64,000 bases of DNA, taken from contig JAVKOQ020000095.1 in assembly GCA_031835245.2 (NCBI GenBank), positions 1-64,000 on the forward strand. Direction: 5' to 3'. The notes under the pieces were generated by a model. That model did no database searches, was not told the DNA's origin, and worked only from the letters and a program-made list of their open reading frames with translations. Made by a program: the position numbers and the translations under genes. Below, piece after piece: positions 54,101 through 64,000 of the stretch. Within the stretch, counting starts at the first letter, position 1. Each line of letters starts with the position of its first letter. The DNA is from Balamuthia mandrillaris. Taxonomy: Eukaryota.

Positions 54101-54149
54101 TTCTTCGGCAACGGAGGGCACTAACCCTTTGTATCCTGGGAACAGTTAA
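51137..54149 (+). CDS. Type I membrane protein: signal peptide, DUF4114-like domain, Cys-rich repeats, TM, tail with NPLF/NPLY; 3 exons
   Basis: Signal peptide MTTWPLVMVLSLMVL; exon 3 begins with the motif LGFEDSPHYDQDYNDVVLLF; repeats of the type DKCKESxCNPTT/NDACNTYTCN/CRxWTCDP; TM AVVAGAVSAGVGALAALGAAGAFAW. Confidence 0.8.
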
Positions 54150-54308
54150 CCCATCTTTGTCTTGGCTCTCTCTCTTTCTCTCTCGCCTTTGTTGTTTATG
54201 GGCACATAAGGGTAAATGTTTTTTGTTATCTCCAAATAAAGTATTATTATTGTTGTCTTATTTTTTTCCTAAAAATATAGAATATTTCTTTGAAGTGATT
54301 TTAGTGAG

Positions 54309-56251
54309 TTAAGAAGCAGGAGCGAGGAGACGAGCAACATCCTCCGTCGCAATGATTCCATCCTCCCTCAGCATCTCCGCCACCTCCCTTCCCAACAGCG
54401 GCTTCTCCATCGCTCGGCAATGTTGCAACAAGATACGATACGTGTTCAAGTTGGGGCGAGGCGACGTTCTATCCTTGCTTCCTTTCTCTCGCATCTCTCT
54501 CAGCAACTGCACCGCTGACTCTAACTTGTCATCCAATGCCAAGTAATGCATCAACGAATGATACATCTTCAAAGTCATAGAGAGTCCCTTCGTTTCCTCC
54601 ATGTGCCCCACCGTGCGCATGACCCCTTCCAAGTCCCGATGCAGGAGGTACTGGTTGAGAATGGGCTCGAAGCATTGCGCGGTGGGGACGAGGCCGTGCC
54701 GTTCCTCCATTTCTTCCAAGACTTGGAGGCATTGGTTCAACTTGTTGTTTGTCGCTAATGCTTCAATATAGAGTCGAAAGATGGGAAGATCAGAAGCAGT
54801 TTTTCTGGATTTTTTGTTGTTCAGGGCGAACCGTTCAAAGAGGCGGTTGATGCGAGCAAAGTGTTCTTCGTTAGTTGGGTCTAACATCTTGAGAACTGCT
54901 TCGAAGGCAGGTGCATTAATGTTATATCTGATTTGTTGGTGTTTTGTTTGTAAGAGCAATAAATAGAGAGAGAGAGAGAGAGAGAAGGAGGGAGAGAAGG
55001 GAACGAGAGAAAGAGGGAGGTGGAGAGGATAGAAAAAAAAAGTACTTTTCATCTAGCATGATTTGAAAGATGTCCAAAGACTTATCCAAGTTGCCAATCC
55101 TCACAAAGAACTTGAAGAGGCTAAGATAGAGTTCCTTATCAGGCTTCAGCCCTTGATTTCGCATCGCCGCAAACGTTTGTAATACTTTGCTCTGTAATGC
55201 AGCTTTTGCTTGTCGCGTTTCTTCGTCTTCTTCCTCCGCTTCTTCTTCTTCTTCTTCTTCGTCCTCTACTTCATCCTTTACGTCTGCTTTATTTCTTCGT
55301 ATATCTTTTTCTTCTTCTTCTCCTTCAATTAGACCTTCTAAATCTTCGTTTTCTTCGTCTTCCTCTTCTTCTTCTTCCTCAGCTTCGTCAAACATAAAAT
55401 CGGATTCACCTTCTTCTTCTCCAAGTGATTGTTTCCTTACAGTTGATGGAGATGATCCAAATAGTTTTGACACTTTGGCTGCCAAAGAGCGAAAGAGAAT
55501 AGAGTAGGTTGATTTGGTAGGAACCACTCCTTCTTTCGGCATCTCCTCCAAAACTTGAAAAGCACGATCCACTTCTTCCACAGCAACACATATCTGAATC
55601 AACGATGAGTACAGAATTGCATTCGGTTTGATGATATGACTTGGCGTGTCTCTACTGGCATCTTCTTGTTGCTCTTTCTTTTCGTCTTCAAACGTTTCCA
55701 TATTGTCTTCTTCTTCTTCTTCTTCTTCTTCTTCTTCTTCTTCCTCCTTTCCAAACTCTTTGTCGAGTTCGCTTTGTAGAGCCTCTTTAACCGTAACGTC
55801 GTGTCGCTCTCTTTGGTGTTCGTCATCAACAACAAAAGAATCGGCTTTGTTGAACCATGCAGAAGGATCTTTCATCAGTTCCAACACAGAGAACGCTCTC
55901 TCTACATGTTTGCCTCGCCAGCAACTGGATATCAACGAGGCAAAAGTGATGACGTTGGGCTTGACTCCCGCTTGCTTCATCATGTCTAAAACTTGAAAAG
56001 CAGAGTCGCTGTCTCCTCGTTTGGCGCAGACGTTGATCAAGCAATTGAAGGTGACGACGTCAGGAGAGACTACACCTTCCATTGTCATTCGGTGGAAGAA
56101 GGAGAAGGCTTTTTCCACTTGGCCCCCAGCTGCACAAACGTCGATCAGTGAGTTGTACGTGACAATGTTCGGAGAGACTCTGTAGTTCTCTGGAGGCTTC
56201 TATAGGAGTGGCATTTGTTAGTTGGTTTAAGAGAATATCAGCACAGACGTC

Positions 56252-56300
<49 letters not shown>

Positions 56301-57578
56301 GATTGAAAAGAAAGAAACCAAGGATTCGTCATTCGGTTTGGCAGCCTTGGCCTTCTTGTATTGATGATACTCCACATAGTACCTCCTGGTCTGCTCATGC
56401 ATTTTGTCCAACAGGACAGTGGCACGCGTGACATCTCCCGACCACTTGCAAGCATGAATAAGAGCATTGTAGGTGTGCAAAGAGGGACGCAGCCTCTCTC
56501 CCTCCATCACTTTATACAAGAAGAACGCTCCTCGAATGTCTTTCGATCGCTTACTCTTGTCCTTGTGGCTCTCAGCGTTGTTGCCAGTATGGTAAACGTT
56601 GTTGGCGTTGACACAGGCACGAATGGCATAAGTCAGGGCGTGCGCCGTTGGCTTCAGATCGCACCGCTGCATCTTCCTCAGTAGCTGGAAGCAGAGCTGC
56701 GCCTTGTTGTGACGGCCTAGCTGGCAGAGCAGCTCGTTGAACTGCTGCGCCCAACGCTCCTTCTCGCGGTGGAGCTCCTCCTGGACGGTCTGTTGCACCA
56801 GCTGAAGGTCCGCCCTGCTGCCTCCTCTCTTCCACCTCTTCTCTATGATGTGCTCCGCCTGATTGCGGGTCAACTGCTTCTCCCTCTTGCGCTCGTCCTC
56901 GTCCCTCTCCTCCTTCTCCTCAGCCTTTCCCTTCTTTTGAAGAATAGAAGCAAGCTGGTCCTTCTGAAGCTGAGCGCGTTTCTGACGGGTCAACTTGCGA
57001 GCGAGTGCCTCCTGTTGGCCCACAATGTCCCTGCGGAGGACATACGGCAACAGCTTGAAGGCCCTCTCCGCGATGGTGCGGAGATCATTTTGTGTCGACG
57101 CAGCGTCGCCCGCAGCGGAGAGGCAGTCTCGTAGCAGGGCGGCAAGGTCCAACGGTTCGATGGAGGAGCGGAGCGACTCCAGACGTTCCAAACGACGGAT
57201 GAGGTCCTTGCGCGTGTCCTCTTTTTTGCCAACAGGATTAGCTCTTGTCCTGTTCTTCTGCTTCGGATGGGTCGTTGAGGTGGTTATCGGTTGAGAAGAG
57301 TAGAGTGAAGAAGGAAAAGAAGAAGCAGCAACAAACAAGGAGTGCGCAGCCAAACGTCTCTGATGTTGGCCAAAGAACGAAGGTGTGAAAGAAGCCCCTG
57401 GAGTGAAGTTCTTCTTGAGATGATAAAGAATATACCGCCGTTGTGCGAAAAGATGGGTTGGCGGGGGTGGAGTGAGGGAAGAAGAAACCGCTTTGTTGGC
57501 TCTTTCGAGGTGGAGGCTCCACCGAGCGCCGAGCGAAGCAGAGCTGCTTCTCACTCCGCCGTAACAAGCTCTCAGCAT
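54309..57578 (-). CDS. Pentatricopeptide repeat (PPR) protein, probably mitochondrial, multi-exon
   Basis: Repeats PSLHTYNALIHAC, PDVVTFNCLINVCAKRGD, PNVITFASLISSC, PNAILYSSLI and PNLNTYRILL; Arg/Ser-rich N-terminus. Confidence 0.9.
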
Positions 57579-57892
57579 CTCTCTCTCTTTTTCCTTGCTC
57601 TACTTATTCTTGTAGATACTCCACGTCGTCACGATTTTCACATACCAAACATTTTATGCATTGCTTACTTACGTCACTAACGGAATGATGAGAATTTTTG
57701 GTATGTAAAATATTTGACGACGAGAGAAAGGAGAAGAGAGAAGAGAGGAGAGAGAGCGCAGAGCAGAGAGCAGAGAGCAGAGAGAGAGAAGAAAGCTAAT
57801 ACAAAGAGTGATGAACGAGAATGCAACAACAAAAGAAAGGAGCACCACCCAAAGAACAATTCTCTGTCGCAACAACCAAGAGTATTTTTTGT

Positions 57893-60800
57893 TTAGGTGT
57901 AATAGTGTCTCCAATACATGCCATCTCTCCAAGTAAACCAGGACGAGAAAGTCGAAGAGGAAGATGACAGTGAGCTCGAGTACCACGATTGCAAGCCCGT
58001 GCCGCTTCCTCCTCCTCCCACCACGCACCAAACAAACCACAACGCCAAGAAAACGGCGATCATCACCGTCCAATGCATCGCGTTGCTTTGCGCCTTGGCT
58101 TGTTGTGCTCTTCTTCGTGCCGCTCTTCTTTGTCGCATCGCTCTTCTTCGCAGCAGTTTTTGTTTGGCTAATTCCAAGACTTCTCTCTCGGCTCTCTTTC
58201 TTGGGTCCTCTTCTTCGAGTCTTTCTTTTTCTGTGTTTGCTTGCTGCTGGGCTTGTTGAAGAAGACAAAGAGAAGAGGAATGGAGAGAGTCGAGTTGATG
58301 TTTGATGCGTTCCCATTGTTGAAGCAGTGCTTCGTTTTGTTGGTCGATCTGAGCCAATAGTTCTTGTTCTGCTTTTGCTTTTTGTTCTGCCTCTTTTGCT
58401 CGTTGTTCTTCTTCGTCGATCTTCTTTTGTTGCGCTTCTTTGTCTATTCTTTCTTGTTCCTCCTTTTGTTGTTTTTCCTTTTCTTCTTTTCTGATTTCTT
58501 CTTCGTCTCTATCTGTAGTTTGCTTTATCTCTTCTTTTGTTTCGCTGTCTGCTTTCTTTTTTTGTTCCTCTTCTTGTTGCTGTTTCTCTGCATCGATTTC
58601 GTTCTCGTCCTCTTTCTCGTCCTCTTGCTCTTTTTCGTCTTCTTTCTCGTCTTCCATCTCTTCTTTGCTCGTTATTTCTTGCTCACTCGTTCGTTTCTCT
58701 TCCTCTTTCTTGCTCTTTTCTTCTCCATGTTCGCCTTCTTCCAACTTATCCCAACCAACATTCATTAGTGCTTCTGGAGTGTCAAACAACATTGCTGTGT
58801 TCATTATATCTACTTGTGCTTCTTGTGTTTCTTCTTCGCTTTCCGTTGTTGTCTCGATTCCTTCCTTCTCTTCTTCTTTATCTTTTTCTTTTCCTTTTCC
58901 TTCGTCTTCTTCTTCTGTTGAAGGAAAGATGTGGAGTATCTTCTCTTCTTTGCGTGGTCGTTTGGAACTGACATCTTCTTCACCGTTTTGTTCTGCTTTT
59001 CCAAGTTCTTGTCCTTCTTTGCTTCTTTTCGCAGTTACTATCTCTTCTTCAATTTGTTGTTCTCGCTTTGGTGCTAGTTCTTCTTCTTTTTTGTTCACTT
59101 TTTGAAGTACCATTTGCGCCGTTCTTCTGCGAACATCTTTGATCAATTGCTCCAAACGCATCATCTCCAATTCTGTCTCTTTCTTCAATATCGTTTCCAT
59201 CTTTCTTTCTCTTTCTACTTCTCGTCTGTCTTTTCCGCTTTGTTCTTGTGCGTGCCGTGAAGATGAATTCCTTTTTTTGTTGTTATTGATGATTTTAAGT
59301 TGAGCTTGTTTATCGTTCAACCAGTTGATAACATGTTTGCCTTCGCCGTCAAACAGAGAGAGATCGACTCGGTTGTTCGTTTCGCATTCCTTCAACAACT
59401 TTTCCATGCACACCAGCCACGTAGAAGAAGGAAGAACAATGGCGTTAAACAACTCGTCAATGGTTTGCATCACCTCTTCGCCCCATTCTTTCCATTTGTC
59501 TTCGTCGTCGTCGTCGTCGTCGTCTTCGCTTTCTTCACTTGCCTCTCCTTCATTTAAAGCTTTTTCCATTTGAGCAACCTTAGCTCGATAACGTTCGAGT
59601 TCATCTTCCACTGAATTGCTGTTGCTGTTGTTACCGGAAATCGAAGAAGATGATGCTTCTATAAACTCGAATTCTGACGTTTCTTGATCCGCTTGTTGTT
59701 CCTTCCTCTTCCATGCCAAATAGGCATCAAATAATTCTTTCCTGTCCCTCTCTTCTTCGATTTCTTCATTTGTTTCCGCTTTCTTCTCGTTCGACAATAA
59801 TAGCAGCTGTCGCAAATTTCGAAACCCATTCATCGTTAGTTGGTTGTTGTTTACGTTCTTTAGACTTGCTTGCAGTCCCCAATGCAATGCCGTCTTCTTA
59901 CTCGCTTTGTCTGATGGACGATTCAACGAAGCTCCTTGTTGTAGCAGTCGTTCAATACTATCCAACTGTGGAAATAAACTTTGGAGACGGGAACGTTTGC
60001 TTCGTGGTGAGACTGCTCTTCTCCATCCGTTATTGGATTCTTCCTTGTTTGGTTTGTTCTTCCGCATCCTCTTCTTTCTTCGTTCTTTCACTGTTTCTTG
60101 AATCGCTTCTAAACGACTCTGCACGGCATCCACGGATTTCGTTCTGTTGTACCAATTGTTCACCACTTCGTCCACTGCTTCTTCGACGTTATTGCCGCCT
60201 TCCTTCTTCCTTTTCTTCGTCTGCAATTGCTCTCTTTTTTCTCCATCACTTGACGAATTGGAGAGGAAGAAAAGGCCGCCATGACCGCTGCACGCCGCTA
60301 TCACTGCAAGCATTAACGGAGTTTTTCCTTCTTTGTCCATCTTCTCCACACTTGTTTGTTGTGGTTGTTTCGCATCGTGCATCAACGTGATAAGATGGTC
60401 AGTGCATTGTTGATGGCCTCCCAACGCAGCGTAGTGCAACGGCGACCACCCTTTGTCATCTAAAAATTCTTCCTCCCCATTGTTGTTACTGTTGTTGATG
60501 AGTATGTCTATAATGTCGCTGTGACCTCCCGCCGCTGCCATGTGAATTGGCAAACGACCCTCCAAATCTCTCCTCTTCCACAAATCCACTGTTGTTGGCG
60601 TTAGATCAAACGTAGGAGAAGCGATAGGAGAAGAAGCATGTTCTTTCTTGGCGTAAGCGAGCAATTGTTCTACGCAATGGGTATGCCCGCCAAAACATGC
60701 CAAATGCAACGCCGTTCTTCCTTTCAAGTCTTTGGCTGTCAATTCTGCTCCGCTTTTATCCTCCTCCAACAACAGCCGCAAACATTTTTCTTGTCCGTGG

Positions 60801-63624
60801 TAAGCGGCCCAATGAAGAGGAGTTCGTCCCATTCCATCTCTGACATCCACTCCATGTCCTCTCGTTTGGGCTTTTGTCCACGATGAAGATGATGAGCCTT
60901 CTTTTTGGCTTTGGAGAAGAGGTTCCATCAACAATCGAAGAACTTCGTGATGACCTCTCATCGCAGCCACATGAAGCGGGGTGGCTTTCGTGACGTTGTC
61001 CGCAGCACGAATTGCAGACGCCCTCAATTGTTGTTGTTCGTTGGCAACAGTGTTGCTCAAGGCGGGACGGTCGGCGTATGCGTCGAGTAAAAGTTTAGTG
61101 ACTTCGGAGTTACCCAACCATGCTGCTCGATGGAGGGCCGTCCTGCCAAACCGGTCGCGAGCATCCAGAGCGATTCCCTTTTGGATTAGCAAAGCAATCA
61201 CTCTTCTTGGGTCAACAATAGGAGAGTCATCATCATCGTTGTGACTCTCTTCTTCAATTTCTGCCTCTTTATCATTGGACCTTCTTTTGCTTCCTTCTGT
61301 TGTTGTTCCTCTTTTGGATTTGTTCTGTAGCGACGCGAAGCTTTCAACAGCGTAATGAAGGGAATTTCTGCCTTGCTTGTCCAGCTGATTTAGGATAGAG
61401 TCGGTGGATTCTCCAGGACGAGGTGCTTGAAGTAGAGATGTTAAGGTGTCGATGTGCCCTTTGAGAACAGCCAGCTGAAATGGTGTTCTGCCTGCAGAAT
61501 CCTCACAATCCAATCTTGCTCCTTACAGGGCAAACCAAATATAAAACGATTAATACAAGAGGGAGAAGGAGAGAGAGAGAGAGAGAGAATACCTTTGTCC
61601 AATAAAAAACAAGCAAATGGTTCTCGATCGCTCAAGCATGCCAAATGAAGGGGGGTAAAACCTCCAAAGGAGTCCACAGGGTTCAGCATCGCTCCATTTT
61701 CTACTAAAATACGACCCGCTGGTTCCACTTTCCCTGCTTGAGCTGCCAAATGCAACGCAGTTCTGCCTTTGCGATCGATGGCTCGAAGCATCTCCTCTTT
61801 CAACGAACTGCTGTTGCGATTGTTGCTTCTCGTTTTAATATTTTTGTCTTTAGCAAAGTCCAACAACAGCCGCATTACTCCCGCGGCCCCAGTTTCATCA
61901 TCCGAGGAGGATGAGGGTGAAGGCGGAGAGGCCGAAGACGCTGTGGCGAGATGAAGAGGAGTTCTGCCGTCCTTGTCTCGGTCCAACAGTACCTCCAATC
62001 CAACGCTCTCTTTCTGTTTAGCTGCAAATGAAGTGTCCCTGGTTTGACCTCGAATGAGGGTCAAAAGCTGTTCCAAACAGGAGAGATGACCGCCTCTACA
62101 GACTTCATGAAATACAGTTCTTCCTCGATTGTCCTTCTGATACAGTCCTTTCTCTAACTCCGGATAGTTTCCTTCTACAACGCCGAAGTCCTTATGATTG
62201 TTAACGCTTTCATCGTCATCTTCTTCTCCGTTCTCGTCGTTGCCGTAGATTCCCAAGTCATCGCCATCATCCAACAACCAAGAATGCGTTTTCAGCTCTT
62301 CTAAACAAAACATGAGACACTCGCGATGTCCTCTTCGAGCAACCAAATGCAGTGCGGTCGAGCCCTGTCGATTCAACTGACGAACTATGGAGGAGCGAAG
62401 AAAAGGAGAGGAAGGAGAACCGTTTTCGGATTGTTGAGGTTGTTGTTCCAAAATGTATTCTACGTGTCGAGTCCAATCGGTGCAAAGCTCCTTGAGCGTG
62501 TCCAAATGACCGTTGGCTGCTGCCAGATGGACCGCTGTGTCTTGGTTGGCATTGAGCGCTTGCAAAAACGCAAAGTCTCTCGTGGCCTTCAGCAGCGCCA
62601 CCACGCACTTGGTGTAGCCATGAAAGGAAGCCACGTGAAGACAGGTGTTGTGTTGCTGGTAGTCGGAGAGAGCGTGATCCACGCCGTATTTCAGAAGGAG
62701 GGCTACTGATTTGGCGTTGTTGCGGAAGCAAGCCCAGTGTAGGCAGGTCCAGCCTCGATCGTCTTGCACGTTGAGGAGATTTGGGAATTGCAGCTGAATG
62801 CCAGAAAGCAGAAGTTCCAGACAGGCCTTTCCTTCAGAGTCTGAATAATTGATGGGAGACTCGTTAGAGACAGGAGGAAAAGGAACGAACGAGAATAGAG
62901 AAGAAAGAAGAAGGCAGAAGACAGAAAGAAGTTAGTACGTGTTCCAGCAGCTGCAGAGTGAAGTACAGTGCGGCCATGCTTGTCCACCAAGTCAAGCTCG
63001 ACAAAACACTCGGCCACAAGCGAATCCACGCATGTCCGCCTAGAATTGAGACAAGCAAGATGCAAGGCAGTGGCACCATTTCGGTCCTGCGCATTCACAT
63101 CACACTTGTACTGATGCAATAAGAGAAGGACTTCTGTGTGGCCGCAAGCAGCAGCCCAATGGAAGGGCGTTCTTCCCTCCAAGTCTCGTGAGTCAATGCC
63201 TCCCCCCTCTTTTGAACTCTCATCATCATCCTCGTCATCATAAGCGTCGTCGTCTTCCTCTTTGCGATCCTGTTCGATACAAGAGAGCAGCCACTCTGCT
63301 ATGCCCACCGCACCGAGCTCTGCCGCCATCGACAGAGCAGAGCGCCCCTCGATGTCCTTCTTCACGACATTGGCTCCCAAGTTGATGAGCTCCTCCACGC
63401 ATCGCTCGTGTTTGTTAAGTGTGGCCAAATGGAGAGCACCTCGTTTTTGGTTGTCCGTTTGTAGGAGAACGGAAATGTCTTCGTCCAGCATTATTGAGAG
63501 GAGATGCCAGTGGCCATACATGCTCGCAAAGTGCAGACCTGTTCTTCCCATTTTGTCCTTCTTCAATAGATCGGCATCCATCTCTACACAAACACAAAAC
63601 CATAACTGCATTAGCAAGAGAGGA

Positions 63625-63661
<37 letters not shown>

Positions 63662-64000
63662 GCGAGAAGAGAAAAGATCGATCGAGGTACCAAGAAGCAA
63701 CTCTAAGCATTCTTTGTGGCCATTGGCGCAGGCAGCATGAAGGGCCGTCCGGCCCAATGGATCCGTGCTGTTGACGTCAAAGGTTGGCGCCTTGTCCAAA
63801 ATGATGATAGCGATTTCGTGGTGGCCGTTGCAGCAGGCAGCAAACAAGGGAGTGACCTGCTCGTATGCTTGAAAGGCAAGCTCTTCGTCCTGCTCCAGCA
63901 GCTCCAAACAGCGCTGCTCATCTCCTTGCAAAGCAGCTGCCACCAAGGGCTGATGCTCTTCGCAAATCTCCGCATTTAAATCAATGAAAATCCCTTTTTT
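57893..64000 (-). CDS. Large ankyrin-repeat protein with acidic coiled-coil region and C-terminal TM; start probably outside window
   Basis: Many GRTALH/GRTPLH repeats across ORFs 63611-63946, 62703-63710, 61441-62769 and 57893-61513; TM VMIAVFLALWFVWCVV. Confidence 0.9.

Noticed and set aside
57669..60390. Long antisense and alternate-frame ORFs rich in S/F/L or R
   Set aside because: Shadows of the E/K-rich low-complexity coding of the ankyrin gene.

Overview
Eukaryotic nuclear DNA, intron-rich, from a free-living amoeba. The 18S gene matches, as I recall them, the diagnostic PCR primers and probe for Balamuthia mandrillaris. The window has three zones. (1) 1-11.3 kb is compact and gene-rich: class III ADH, phosphoglycerate mutase, Rab11, Maf1, COX6A, a DxD glycosyltransferase-like gene, an internally deleted tRNA-Pro, and a candidate structured ncRNA. 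(2) About 11.4-40.2 kb is a transposon island. It holds a TTAA-flanked TIR element (Kolobok-like), two families of chromodomain Ty3/Gypsy retrotransposons with oligo-T in place of a tRNA primer site, many nested solo LTRs, and at its centre one apparently intact rDNA unit (18S-5.8S-28S, minus strand) that is not in a tandem array. The retroelements are inactivated largely by C>T/G>A changes, while the rDNA appears spared. (3) 40.2-64 kb is gene-rich again: an Hsp70-like remnant, a kinase/ANTH locus broken by a MULE-SWIM transposon, a TDP2-like nuclease, an F-box/WD40 gene, a Cys-rich receptor with a beta-integrin-like tail, a PPR gene and an ankyrin-repeat gene. All calls come from reading motifs by eye, with no database searches, and exon boundaries are approximate.
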